DNA from: Vicugna vicugna
Lineage: Eukaryota
Assembly: GCA_013265495.1 (NCBI GenBank)
Contig: MU057801.1
Location: 434,001 to 498,000, forward strand
Length of the DNA stretch: 64,000 bases
Direction of reading: 5' to 3'
The translations under genes and the position numbers were made by a program. The notes beneath the pieces are model-generated. The model was not told the DNA's origin. It was given only the letters and a program-made list of their open reading frames with translations, and searched no databases. Of the stretch, positions 24,130 to 37,512 are shown one piece after another (the stretch's first letter is position 1; each line of letters begins with the position of its first letter).

Positions 24130-25950
24130 TATTTGGGGAGCAGATTTACCCTCTCACCTGAAACAACTAAAAATCTTCACAAAATGTAAAACAAATTTTT
24201 AAAAAAAGATACTGGACAGAAGGCAATGAAGGGCAGTGATCTCTGAGAGTCTGGAAAGAAGTAAAGTGAACCCTGCCATTGACCCAGCTTGCTGCCTTGA
24301 GAGAATTTCCAGGCCCTGACAAAGGGACTGGAACCCAGCAGACTCCCTGAGTGGAGGACTAGAGCAGCTGGGGTCCTCTTCAGGGTCCGGGGGAGGAGAG
24401 AGCTGCCCAGAGAGGGGAGCTTGGGCGTCTGCAGCAGGTCCCCGTCAGGAACTCAGTCAAGTACTGATGAGCGCACACAGGCGAGGAGCCCGCCCTGGGA
24501 TGGGTGAGAGCCACTCAAAGGGTTAGAGGTTGCGGCTCCCGGTGCTCACCCGGGGCTGGGAGCCACCCTGGAGAACCTCAAGATTCACGGGGCAGTGGGT
24601 GGAGTATACACTACGGTCTCCCCTCAGTAGTGAGAAGAACTAGCAGGCATCCAAAGAAGCAGGAAAATGCAGCCCATGATGGGGAGAAGAGTCAGGCAAC
24701 TGAAACCCACCCGGAACTGACAGAGCTGTGGGGCTCAGCAGGCAAGCACACTGAAACGGCTGCTAGAGCTGCATCCCACACGGTCCAACGGTGAAGTGGG
24801 CCCGTGGTAGGTGCATGGAAGACCCTAATAAAACTTCTAGAGATGAGAACTACAATGTCTGAGAGGGAGAAGTACACCAGGTGGGATTAATGGAAGATCA
24901 GACCTTGCTGAAGAAGAGATGAGTGAATTTGAAGACACACCAGTTGAAACCACCCAAAATGAAACACAAAAAGAAGAAAAAATAATTGAAAATAATGAGC
25001 AGAGCCTCAGTGAGCTATGGGACAGCTTCAAAGAGCCTAAAGAAATAACGACCATTTTTTCCCAGATTTGATATAAGCCATAAACCCACAAATCCAGGAA
25101 GCTCCATGAGTGTCAAGCATGAAAAACGTGAAGAGGAAAACACTATGGAGGCTTCTCAAGGAACTAAAATTAGAACGACCACATGACCCAGCAGTTCCAC
25201 TCACGGGTATTTGTTCAAGAGAAAAAAAATTCAAAAAGATGCACGCACCCCGATGTTCACAGCAGCCAAGACAGGGAAGCAATGTGAGTGTTCATCAACA
25301 GGTAATGGATAGAGGAGATGTGATGTGTAGATATAGTCAATGCAATACTCCTCACCCATAAAAAAAGAATGAAACTTTGCCATTTGCAACAGTGTGGATG
25401 GACATGGACCGTAGTATGCTAAGTGAGATGAGCCAGACAGAGAAAGACAAGTACTGTATGATGTCACTTATGTGTGGAATCTAAAAAATAACAGCAAGCT
25501 AGTGAATATCACAAAAAAGGAACAGACTCAGATGCAGAGAACAAACCAGTGGTTACCAGTGGGGAGAGGGGAGGGAGGAGTGGCAATAATAGGGGTAGGG
25601 AGTAAGAGGTACAGACTATTAGGTATAAAATAAGCTACAAGGATGTGCTGTACAACACGGGGAATGCAGCCAATATTTTATAATAACTATAAATGGAGTG
25701 TAACTGCTAAAAATTGTGCATCACTGTTGTACACCTGTAACTTGTATGCTATTGTACCGCTATTCTTCAATTTTAAAAAATGACACCAAGGCATATAATC
25801 AAACTGCTCAAAACCAGTGATAAAGAGAAAATCTAAAAAGGAAGAGGAGAAAACAGTTGTTTCAGAGGCATAAAGATAAAAATGATGACAGATTCGTCAT
25901 CAGAAACAGTGCAGATGAGAAGTCAGTGGAACAACGTCTTTAAAATGCTG
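24130..25950 (+). mobile_element. Old LINE-1 5'/ORF1 region interrupted by a younger L1 3' end (~25140-25780)
   Basis: ORF1-like A-rich text (aaacttctagagatga..gaagaagagatgagtgaatttgaagaca) breaks at 25140 and resumes at 25781 (acaccaaggcatataatcaaactgct). The insert has L1 3' motifs (tcacttatgtgtggaatctaaaa). Confidence 0.75.
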
Positions 25951-26140
25951 ACTTTTTTTCAAATTTGAGAACGTGTTTATTACATATCATATAACATCTC
26001 CAGCCTAATATTTGGCATAACAGCCCCCCTCACGTTACACAGATCACCCTCCATACCCCCAGCATCATCTCTGAGCCAATCTCTACCCCATTACCCTGCT
26101 GAACTCCTCCCAGCAGGTAACCCCACCATGAGCCCAGTGC

Positions 26141-26286
26141 TGTGGGCTGGTGGTGTCCCCCCAGAATTCACATGATGAGTCCCTAAAGTGACTGTATCTG
26201 GAGATGGAGCTTTAAGGAAGTAATTGAGGTAAAATGAGGTCACAGGGGAGGGGTCCTAATCTTGTAGGACCACGGCCTTATAAGAG

Positions 26287-26329
<43 letters not shown>

Positions 26330-26495
26330 TCTCTCTCCTCCATCTAAGGACAGTCTGCAAGCCAGGAAGAGTCCTTGCCAGGGAGCTGCCATGCTGGCGC
26401 CCGACCTTGGACTTGCAGCCTCCAAACTGTGAGAAATAAGTGTCTGTTGTCTGAGCCCCCACCGTCCATGGTATTTAGTTATGACAGCCTAAGAG
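26141..26495. mobile_element. MaLR LTR (MLT1A/B-like)
   Basis: gtgactgtatctggagat, taaaatgaggtca, ccttataagagg, ttggacttgcagcctccaaactgtgagaaataa. Confidence 0.8.
26290..26325 (+). repeat. (GA)18 microsatellite within the LTR
   Basis: Perfect GA run read directly from the sequence. Confidence 0.95.
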
Positions 26496-26794
26496 CTTTA
26501 CATCCCAAGTCCGGCTCTGCGTCCTCTCCCCACAGGGCCAGGAGGGGGGCGTTCTGCTGCTTCCAGTAGCTGTGCACCTCCTGGGCACCTCCGCTCAGCC
26601 TCCGTGGGGATGAGCTCCATGCCCACTCGTCCTGGGTTGGACCCTGTCTTCTGCCATCACACCAGCCCCGAGTTCCTCACTGGGACTTCAGGGAGTCTCC
26701 CGGTTCCCACGCGGTGGTGGTAACGCAGGAGAAGGAGCATGCACGTATCAGAAAACACGCGCGGGGGTCCTTCAGACCTCACCTACCAGTGCGC

Positions 26795-26920
26795 TTGTAG
26801 GCCCCTCCATTCCTCGAAGCTTCGTTTCCCTTACCTGCAAAAGGGGGCTTATCACAGCTTCAGGGGATGCCGTGAGGACTGAACGCAATGACGTACGGGA
26901 CATGCTTGACTCAGAGCCCA
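26795..26920 (+). mobile_element. MIR fragment
   Basis: cttcgtttcccttacctgcaaaaggggg...gtgaggactgaa resembles the MIR core. Confidence 0.55.
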
Positions 26921-27872
26921 TCCCACAGACGCTCCCTTTGCTGCCCTTGTGCTCCTGGCAGGGCTAGAATCTGCAGCTCGGGGTCGCCCTGCGCACCCCC
27001 GGACCCGGCACCCACCCGGGATAACCTGCAGAGTGACAGATGGCATCGTCCCAAGTTCCTTCTCTCCAAAGGCTCTTCTTGTCACCCACCCAGCAAACCC
27101 TGAGCCGTGTTTTGTGAGTTCTTCCTCCCTCCATCTGGTTGTCTGGGGAGAAGCGAGCACAAAATGCCACCAGCGATGCTCCCGTGGCCGCTAATGGAAG
27201 CCGCCGTTTGCATCCACAGTCCTGTCTTGGCCCCAGCGGCTCCGACAGCTGCCGGTGCAGCGTCTGCCAGGCCAGGGTACGTGCCGAAGGCTCCGAGGGC
27301 AGAATAGAGCCCAGCGCAGTCACGCTGGGATCCCGGAGGCTCGCAGCATTAATAATCTGAGTTCAATCATTAGGAGCAAATCCAAGTGAAACAGGAAAAC
27401 GTACACCAGGCTGGAGGCCGCGCGGCTGCCAGGAGGCGGCCTCTGCTCTTAGCAGGCCTGACGACCCACTCCCGGCTGCCGGCAGCCCCAGCTGACGAGC
27501 GGCGCCTGCGAGCTGTGGGCCTTCTGCACGTGATCATTGGACAAAAAGAGAACCGGTCAGGATGCTAACACGGACGCACTCACCCAGGACCTGCCGGGCT
27601 CGTCCAGCCCCCAGATTGAGTCCTCCCCGGGGCACCCGAAGGGGGTCCGTTCGGTCGGTTAGTGCCCTCTGGACAGACCTCCAAGTGGATCTTTCCGGAG
27701 GCAGCGCTAAGGCTGCTGGGGTCCTGGCAGGGCCTTAACATACGAACTAATGTACCGCACCCTGGTTTCTCCAGCCCCATCCTGGGACAGAGCGCTGGCC
27801 TAGGCCGTTATCTCCCTGGGTCAGCCCGCAGCTCACCAAGTAGGAAGATATCTGAGACAGAGAAGAATTTTT

Positions 27873-28240
27873 TTTTTACTGTTTTTTTAAAATTTTTGTA
27901 ACATTTTTTATTGATTTAAAATCATTTTACAATGTTGTGTCAAATTCCAGTGTTCAGCACAATTTTTCAGTCATACATGGACATATACACACTCATTGTC
28001 ACATTTTTTTCTCTGTGATTTATCATAACATTTTGTGTATATTTCCCTGTGCTATACAGTATAGTCTTGTTTATCTATTCTACAATTTTGAAATCCCAGT
28101 CTATCCCTCCCCACCCTCCACCCCTCGGCAACCACAAGTCTGTATTCTCTATCTATGAGTCTGTTTCTGTCCTGTATTTACGCTTTGTTTTTGTTTGTTT
28201 GTTTGTTTTTTAGAGTCCACATATGAGTGCTCTCATATGG
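27873..28240 (-). mobile_element. Short young LINE-1 3' UTR insertion with TSD
   Basis: Closely resembles 18610-18935. TSD gagaag(a/c)attttt at 27860-27872 and 28241-28253. Confidence 0.9.
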
Positions 28241-29049
28241 GAGAAGCATTTTTAATTTCAAGATTTTCTTTAAAAAAATCATTCATTTCAAGTTGTTATT
28301 GAATAAAAGATTAAAAATTACTTTTTGCTGATATTCTTCCTGGTCATAGCCGTTTGTGGGGAACCTCTGTCTGCACATGACGGAAGCCCAGCTCAGACCG
28401 AGGCCCCAGAAGACACTGCAAGGACTTGTGATCCAGAAGGAGTGAGATGCGTTCCCGCTCCCGCCCTCCCCCTCCTGCAACAGCCGGGCAGCTCCCCTCC
28501 CCTCTCAACTCCCCGCAGGGCTGGAGGTTCGCTCTCTGGAAACAAGAGCCGGGGAGTCTCCAGACATCAGACGCCGAGAGGAAGAGAATGAGGTGTGGAG
28601 CTGAAGAGAGAAGGGGCCAGGTGGGGGTCCCGGCACTGACCGGCAGGGCAGCAGCAGGAGTGGAGGCGTCGGGAGGTGGAGTCAAGGAAACTTCATGAGA
28701 AGAAGAACAAGGCCTTTTATCCAGATGTTAGGAATTTCAGAGAGAACCAAAGAAAAAAAGAACCAGAACTGAAAGGTACCAATCTCCAGACTGAAAAGTA
28801 CACAGTGAGTGACCGACAGCCCAAGGCCCCGGGATGAAATGCCAGGCGCCAGGGGTACGGAGGTGCTCCCCACAGTGTCTGGTGAGTGAAGCACGTCACC
28901 TAGACGAGAACTGGGGTCAGCACGGCACCCGCTGCGTCAGCAGGAGCCTCAGGACCGGCAGGCCGTGGGCAGCGATCCCAGCCTGGCTTCCATGGCCATC
29001 CGTCAAGGAGGCACCAGGACAGGGGACAGCCCCTGCCCGTACATGAGGG

Positions 29050-30600
29050 AGGAATGGCGCGGTTAGAATATCCCGTTCTGCAAGCCCTCCCGAATTAAAG
29101 GACACAGAACATGGCTGCTGACACGGAAAAGGACACAGCCAGACACTCTGCTTCTTGGTGGGAAAACACACGACCTTGAGGGGACAAAATTGAACCAGAA
29201 TCTGCCCAGAACCTTAGTTTATAGGAAGTAGAGGCGACAGAGGCGTATGTTTGCTGAAGCTACAGAGCTTCAGGCCACAAAATCCGGAGTGCGGGAACCT
29301 ACAGGACAAACGGTCTGACTCCTTCCACAAATAAATTGTAAAAAAAAATGAAAGAGAAACGGGTTGAGAGCTTGGGGGTTAAAAAAGGTTTTAAAAGAAT
29401 GTCAGCTGACTTGGATCCTGATTCAGATAACGCTGTAGAAAAATCACACCACTTACGACATCAGAAATTTGAACACTATTAACTAAACACTATTAAGGAA
29501 TTAGTAATTTTTAACTGTGAAGATGGTATTCCAGTTATATGTATATTTTTAAAAGCAATATCTTTTAGGGAAACATATTGAAATACCTGGGGTATTCCTC
29601 AAAATAGCTCATGAAGGCAAAGAGTCACTGCGGCCAGAAACGACACAAGATTGGCCAACTGCTGGAACTGGGTGTCCTAATTTAAACATATTTTAAAGGT
29701 CTACATAGTAAAGAGCTATTTTTAAAAGGTTATACTGCATTTATAGTTATTATAAAATACTGGCCTCATTCCCTGTGTCACACAATAGACCCTGGTAGCT
29801 TATTTTGGCCCTAATAGCTTGTACCTCTAGGACCTCACCGCTTCCCTCACCCTGCTGTGACCACTCATTTGTTCTCTGTATAAGAGTTATTTTAAAGAGC
29901 AACCAAAGTTGAAAACTAAGAGGCTGGAACACTGGAGAACAGTGCGGGGAAGCCCCGGGGGCCCGGGGACACGGGCCGGGCCAGACGGGCGCACAGACTG
30001 CAGTAAGAAGGAGGGGTCCAGGGCGAAAAACTGCAATTATTTTGATTATTTGGTATGTTTATGTGGAAAATAATATTGAAGGGGACTTGACAGACCTGCT
30101 GGAGCATTTTGAAAAAGACTTGTGCTAGATACATTGAAAACTATGGGGGGAAATAAAGCCAGCACAGCTGTTATTTCTAAGGAAAGCAAAAAGTTAACAC
30201 AGGAAAGAAATGTGGTTAACATATGCAGTGTTCAAATAATGTAATCACTGACACTAACTGAGCCAAAAATTGCCATATAAACTGTTCGGAAAGTTTGGGA
30301 TAGGGAGAAGTCGGGGTTTGTGTTTGAAACGATCAATCACTCCTACGTACACACTACTGCATATAAAAGAGAGAAACAGGGACCTACTGTAGAGCCCAGG
30401 GAACTGTATTCAATACCTTGCAATGACCTCTAATGGGAAAGTGCACCCGAAACTAGCACATTGTGAATCAACTCTACTTCAGTAAAAAATAAAGATAAAA
30501 ATAAAAAAGATAAATCCTCATTGACCATAACAAGGAGTCAATGGGTCTACTGGAAATTAATACACGAGAATTTACATCATGTATGTAAGCAATCACATTT
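29050..30600. mobile_element. Mosaic of old L1ME-type 3' fragments with small younger L1 3' pieces (~29750-29880 antisense, ~30340-30500 sense)
   Basis: ttggatcctgattcag, gaaatttgaacact, gggacctactgtagagcccagggaactgtattcaatacc and similar motifs. Confidence 0.55.
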
Positions 30601-30967
30601 ATATCAGTAATGACTTGAAAAGCCAGCTGGTGGTCTCTGAGTTACCGAGGGCTCCTTGGCTACAAGCAGCAGAAACCAACCAAAGCTAGATTTTTGCTAA
30701 AAGGGAGAATTTTTAAGGATTCACGGTTGTGTCTCGTAGGAGCAGAGGACAGTGGGCTGGCTGGGCGGCGGGAAGGGACTGCAGTCAGCAAGGACCAGGC
30801 AGGTGGGAGCCGAGCAGGGGCGGCTGCGTTCTCTCTGCCGCTCTGCTTTCTCGGGCGTGCCCCACGGCCCCCACGTTTCCATGTCACGGCCCCCCCAACC
30901 CACGGAGATTAACCAGATGCATCTCAGTCTCAGCTCCAGATGTCCTGGCGGGTCACTGGCGTGTCAG

Positions 30968-31495
30968 TGTGGCAGTTTCAAACCACGTCTGCAAATATTT
31001 GGTGCTCTCCCCGCAGAGAGACGGGGTCTCTCCCCTTCCCTTGAATCTGGCCAAGCCTGTGGTGGCTTTGCCCGGTGGAGTGTGGTTGAAGCGAGGCTAT
31101 GTGACTTCTGAGGCTGGGTTAAGAAGGCCACGTACTTCCAGCTTGTCTGCTGGAACACTCGCTCCTAGAGTTCTGACCTGTCAGGTAGGAAATCCAGCCG
31201 TCTGGAGGCTGCGATGCTGTGAGGAAGCCCCCGCTGTGCACAAAGACCAAGTAGACGCTCCAGCAAAAGTTCCAGCCGAGCCAAGCTTTCAAGCCATTCC
31301 AGTGTGGGCGCCGGCTGTGTGGGGAAGCAGACTGCGGGTGACTCCAGCAGAGGGGCCAGCAGAGTGGCTCCGAGGCATTTTTCTAACCATCCGAAGCCCC
31401 TGCAGTCATGGGCAGAGCCTGGCCACCGTGAGTGTGATAAAATGGTTCTTGCCCTCTGTCCCTAAGTTTGGGGGTGGTTGTCACGTGTCAGTACG
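30968..31495. mobile_element. MaLR LTR (MLT1G-like)
   Basis: tccccttcccttgaatctgg, atgtgacttctgaggctggg, atgctgtgaggaagccc, ctaagtttgggggtggttgtcac. Confidence 0.7.
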
Positions 31496-31945
31496 TCTCT
31501 GAGATGCTTGGTTCAGATGCTGTCTTGGCTTCATGGAGTCATGAAGTCACAGCATGACTGCTAGGGACCCCCATCCCCCAGGGATGCAGGGAGCAGAGCA
31601 GCCCACAAACTCTGGCCTGACAAACAGCCCTCAAGGCGCCCACTCCCTTGCCTGTCCCGAGCTCCCAGAGGCCTGCCGCCACCTCAGCAGAGGGAGAGCA
31701 CATGGGTTGAGAGGTCTCTGCCCACTTCTCAGTCCTTGCTTTCCCACCAGTGGGACCATCAAAAGGAGGGACGAGTGAAGAGATGGCTGTGGCGCGGTAA
31801 ACGGTATCATTCATTCCCTCCCCCCAAGCCCCGCGGTGGTCCTCCAGTAGAGACAGTTGCCAAGAAGTGGGAAATGTCCTCAGAGCTCTGGCATCTCCCC
31901 TCTGTGGCCTCTCCAGGATGGAGGGAATCGTTAGAGGGCCCTCAT

Positions 31946-31958
31946 GTTGCCTAGCAAC
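31946..31958. promoter_or_regulatory. RFX X-box GTTGCCTAGCAAC
   Basis: Exact match to the near-palindromic RFX consensus GTNRCC-N-RGYAAC, in unique sequence. Function untested. Confidence 0.6.
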
Positions 31959-33299
31959 CGGCGGATGCTGTTTGTTATCATGTCATTAATATGATACCAA
32001 AGTGTTTCATAGAAGACATTCATCTTGCACTAATGAAAATCAGATTTGCTAATATGACACTAAATCTGTTCTTCCTTGTGACTTTCTATACTTAAGTAGC
32101 TTATTTATTGAATTAGCTGACGAGTGGTTTTAAGCTTGAGACTGTTAAAGTTTCATAATAATGACTTTATTTTCAATAATAATCAGATGTGATGACGCAG
32201 CCATAACCCTGTGATCACCATCCCGGGCGAAGCCCCTCCCCGAGGTCCAGCCCCGATGCCAGTTAACTCTCTGCCACCCAACTTCTTCCTGTTGAAACCT
32301 CAGCCAGGAGAGGATTCGGGCCTGAGCTGGCATACTCTCCAGCTCACCCACATCTTTCTTCGGAGCTCAGAGACAGAGAACTGAAGACATACCTGTAGCC
32401 TAGAGAAGGCTCTGGTGGATAAATGGGTCTCGTATCACGTGAGCAGGAAAAGAGCTACCAGAAGTCATTCAGCCACACTCTTCTCCCCAAAAAAAGGACA
32501 ACGAAACCCTAAACAGAGGATAACACAGACGGTCCCCTACTTTCAGACACAATTTATTCTTGAAAACAGGTACAGAGTTCAAATGTGCAAAAGCACAGAC
32601 TAGTGTCTAAAAAAGGAGCTCCGTTCCCAGAGAGTTAGAAGGCGATTGCTCAGGATGTTCTTTCGTATCTTTAGCACATGGAGGTCTGAACTCAGCCCCC
32701 AGAAAGGGGTTTGGGGGTCTGTGGCTTGGACGCCCACAAGTGTTACGACCGTCAAGGACACACAGAGCTGACGCCCGCAAGTCTGCAAAGGCGCCCAGAA
32801 AGAAAACTCGAAAATCTAAACTTCAGAGCTCTGTTTTTAGAGGTGGTATTTTTTTTTTTGCAAACCTTTTTCTTTCCTATTTACAAATGTAATGTAGTGC
32901 AGGAAGTGCAGGTGAAGAACAGAGGAGTGCAGAAACAGCTGTCCGTCCACAAGCAGTCACCCAGCGTCAGCCGTTGTACGTCTGTGGGTGTGTGTCCTTC
33001 CAGTGTGGCCTTCCTTTCCTCTGAATGTGTAAATATTTATATATATTCCACAGTATTTTAAATGCTGATCTATTTTTTTATTTTAGTGTTTTAAATGCTG
33101 AGCATTTTTCCATTTCTTGGGCTATATCATTTTAATAGCATGACTCTTTAATGACTGAGGAGGGCTCCACCACACCAGCGTGCCTTCCTTAGTTCATCAG
33201 GTGGCTTCTGGCTTTCTGTTTTGATAATTAGCCCTGCGATAAAACCCTCAAGGACCCGTCTTTTGGGCACATCTGTGATTATTTCCATCACCATTTTTA

Positions 33300-33430
33300 A
33301 GGGTCATTAATTTGTATTTGTTCAGCGTATACTTACTGAACCACAGTGTGCTAGGTTCTTGGGACACCGCCACCAACAAGAAAGGCAGGCTTCCGTCCTT
33401 CATAGAGCTTAAAATTAAGTAGCAGAGGTA
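33300..33430 (-). mobile_element. LINE-2 3' end fragment
   Basis: ttgttcagcgtatacttactgaa..tgtgctagg..ccttcatagagctta. Confidence 0.55.
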
Positions 33431-33539
33431 GAACATTTTCAATGGTGTTTAAAAAAAAGCCCACCATCATCCAAACGAGGGTCTCTCCTTCCTCTCAGTT
33501 CCGCCCCCTCCCCGGCACGGACCACAACCTAGAGGCTTG

Positions 33540-36260
33540 AACGTATGTTTCTCAAATATAACATACATGCTTTTCTTCATTTGCCTTTCTTCACTCAGTA
33601 GCACATACTGAAGGTCTTCCCGTGTGAGTGCACGTAGGTCTCATTCTTTTTCCCACCGAAGGAGTAAATCCCAGTTTTCTTATTTTCCTGTTAACGAACA
33701 TTTAGGTTCTAGCCAATGTTTTTCTGTTTTTGTAAGTAATGGTCCCATCTTCCCGTGCGTCGTGGGACTTCTCGATCAGCAGGTATGCACATTTGCATTT
33801 GGATCAAGGCCTTAGCTTACACTACCCTCAGAAAGGGTTACCCCATGTATGCTCCCCCAGCAGCTATGAGAGGGTGTGTTTCTCCCCATTCTCATCAGCC
33901 CTGATACGTTCCACGTTTTAATGTTTGTCCATCTGCAGGAGGAAGAAAGAGTAAAAGGACTCACTCATACTTTAAACTTGCATGTCCTCAAGCGTCAAGT
34001 TCCTTGTTTCTGACCTTTGCCCATTTCCCTGTTGATTTTTCTCTTTGATTTATGAGTGTTCATGATAAAATAGGACTGGTAATTCTTATTACATTCATGG
34101 CAGATATTTTCTAGAATATCATTTTTCTTTTTAGTTAATAGACTTGTTTTTCTAGAGCAGGTCTGAGTTTACAGAGAAATGATTGGCAAGGACAGCGTTT
34201 CCGCACACCCTCCCCTCCACACACAGGATTCTCTGTTACTCATGTCGTGAGTTAGTGTGGGATATTTGTTACAACTGACGAGCCAATGTTGATACTTCAT
34301 TATTAACCAAAGTCCATACTTTACATTACATTCATCCTTTGTGTCGTGCATTCTGTGGGTCTTGAACAACATGTAACAGGGTGTCCATCATTATTGCATC
34401 ACTGCACTAAAAATCTCCTGTGCTCCACCTCTTCATCGCTCTCCTCCCCAGCCCCCTGCAAAAAACCTTCCTGGCAACCACGGATCTTTTGCTGCCTCCA
34501 TAGCTGTGCCTTTTCCAGACGTCATAAACTTGGACTCAGTGTGCAGCCCTTTTGGATTGGCTTCTTTCACTTAGCAACATGCTTGTAAGTTTCCTCCAGG
34601 CCACTTCATCGCTTGGTAACTCGATCCTTTTTATTGATGAGTAATGCCCCGCCGTCGGGATGGACCACAGGTGGTTTACCCACTCACCTGCTGAAGGACA
34701 CCTTGGTTGCCTCCAGGTTTTGGCAGTTAAGGGTAAGGCTGCTATCAACATTTATGCGCAGGTTTTTAACTCACCGGGGTATAAACCAAGGGGCACAATT
34801 TTGGATCATATGGTAGGAATGTGTTTAGTTTTGTAAGAAACCGCCAGACTGTCTTCCAAGGTGGCTGTGCCATTTTGCACTCCGGCTGGCAGTGAACGAG
34901 AGCTCCTGTTGCTCCTCGTCCTCACCAGCATTTGGCGTCAATGTTTGGGGTTTTCACTATTCTGATAGGTATGGAGCGGCGTCCCGTTGTTTTCATCTGC
35001 ATTTCCCTTCATGATGTGGAACAGCTTTTTACATGCTTATTTGCTAACTGTATATCTTCTTTGATGAGGTGTCTTTCAGACCCTTTGTTCATTTTCAGTT
35101 AGGTGGCTTGGTTTTCTTCGTTGCTGAGTTTTAAGAGTTCTGGATATTTGGGGTATCAGTCCTCTAAAAGATACGTGTTTTGCAAAAATTTCCTCCCAGT
35201 CTGTGACAAGCCTTTTCGTTCTCTTATATCATTTGTTTCTGATGTTTTTATATACATGTAAAATTTTTATATAATGAAATCTTCTTTTAAAGCTTCTGAG
35301 TTTTGTCTCCCACGTAGGAAAATCTCCTCCAGCTGAAAATCATACAGCATTTTATTTTCTTATTTCACTTTTATAGTGTTTCTTAAAACATTGCCATCTT
35401 CTTTTTCGCCATCTTTAATTCCTCTGGAACTTTCTTCATGCTTGTGTATAGTTTAGAGCAGGACTCTAATCTTTTTCTAAGTGCGGAAACAATTTTCCCA
35501 ATAACTTTTACTAGGTAGTCCATGGCTTTGTTTTGTTTTTCCTGTTGAAATGCCACCATTATATGCTGAGCTAAATTCGTTAATACAGATGAGTCCATTT
35601 CTGGACTTGTTACCCTGCTATCTGGCCCTTTTTTTTTCTGTTTCTGGACTCTTCCGTGCTGGACTCTCCCATCCATCACTGTGGCGTTACCGTTTGTTTG
35701 ATACCTTTGATGTACAATTTTCTCAGCTGTTCTTGTACTTTTCTCTTCCAAATGAACTGCCATGTCTAATTTCATTTAAAAAAAATCATTTTGGGTTCTA
35801 ACTGAGGTTGAATTGAATTTTTAGGTTAGTTTGGAGCATATTTGTAAAATTGAGGATCACCGTTCAAATCTTCTGCTGTCTTCAGTTAGGTTGCTTTCTT
35901 GTGAGGGAAACACATTTACGTTCAGGTTTGTCTTGATACTGTTTATAGTTTTCTTGCTATTGTAAGTGGGATCTTTTCCTTCCATTACATTTTCTAATAA
36001 AAAAAAATACTGGTAGGTAGGGAAAGCACTGGCTTCTGTACGTTGCTCTTGTCCCGACTTCCTTTTGTTTAATGTATTTTAGTAGGCGATCTTCATGATT
36101 ATCAGCTGCGAACAGTGACAGCTTTTCCCTTCCTTTCCAGTTGCTACACCTCCTGTTTCTTCTTCTTTTCTTTTTTTTTTTCTTGCTTCGTTGACTGTCC
36201 TAGAATCCCTGGCATAACATGAAGCGGCAGTGGAGAAAGTTACCACACTGCCTTGCCTTG
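33540..36260 (-). mobile_element. Old L1ME-like fragment with a nested L1MC/MB-type 3' end (~34125-35225)
   Basis: ORF 34536-34751(-) is L1 ORF2 C-terminus-like (AKTWRQPRCPS). The insert is flanked by atatcattt on both sides. Confidence 0.7.
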
Positions 36261-37512
36261 TCTTTCATGAAAAAGAGACGATGAATGAGTGACTTTTTTA
36301 AAGGAAACTGAATCAAGGGTTTTGAAGGCTAGTCCAATATTTCATAAATTGGGGTCAAATCATATTGATGTACCTTCTCCATATGAGGTTTATTCCCTCA
36401 GGGAAATTGAACTGAAATGTCCCAAACAAATACAGACATGCCCCTCCTTACATGGCGACGTGTCTCCAGACGGTTTGTGTGAGTTCTTGTCTTGCTTTCA
36501 GTAGACTCTTGGTGCCTCAGGCTACGTGTTTTTATCTTTGGACGGCCACTATCTTAAACTCTGAGTAAGAAAAGCACGTTTAGTTTATGTTACAACCAGA
36601 TAAGTAACCAAGACCTTCCCCAGAGAGGAAGGGGGTTACCTATCCCAGCTGAGGAAGGTAAGTTAGTGGAAGAAGAGAAATGACCAAATATATTGAATGG
36701 AAATGGAATCACTAAATTTCATCCCCCAAATGGAAGGCAGGCGGTGCGGGAGTATTTGAATCCCCTGAAGACGCCTCTTCTGCAGGATCTCCTGTCTTTC
36801 TCCCTGATGGCTCAGATCTCTGTGCTGGGCAGCCACGTGGGGGGAGGTGATCAGGACTCTTCCTCCCTGGGGGAGAGCTTACAGTCTTGGGCGGTCCTCC
36901 CTCCCTGCTCCCAGGCACTGCCCATCTCTCCAGAGTCTGTGCTGAAGCCACGCCCCCGGTCCAGCTGATACAAGCAGGCCAGGCTGGTTTCACTGTTTAT
37001 TCACTTTCACTTTGAAAGTGAGTCAGCCTGTGTTGGAACCTGGACTTTAAAGAGTCCCTCGATATCTTAAATTAACTTACTGGATTAAACCTGCTAAACG
37101 ATCAAATCCCATTTGTCTATGTTGATAGAATCCATGTAAGAAAACAGTATTCCAGACTGACCGGGTGCCTGAAACAGCCTGTCATAGCCACCCTGATGAT
37201 GGGGGTCATGGGACGAGGCAAAGTGACCGTGACCGTGGGCCCCCCAGCTGGCTGTGTTCTGCCCGGGGACACACACCACTGGGTTTTCCTGGTTGCTAAG
37301 CACCTCAGAACAAAGTATCTTCTCCTGTGGATCCCAGCGACTGGCATGGAGCTTGGTACATAGGGGTGGACGCCGGATAGAACGTGTGACTGTCTGTCTG
37401 TCTGTCTCTGAAGGAGAAAACGACACTCATGTCCACTGCAGCTCCTCCCAGTTAAGATTCTGACGGTCTCTTAATCACCAAATCCAGCGTAGTTTTTGGT
37501 CTATGCCTTTTA

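Noticed and set aside
30729..31502. 257-aa plus-strand ORF
   Set aside because: It lies mostly over an MLT1 LTR and has no protein-like features.
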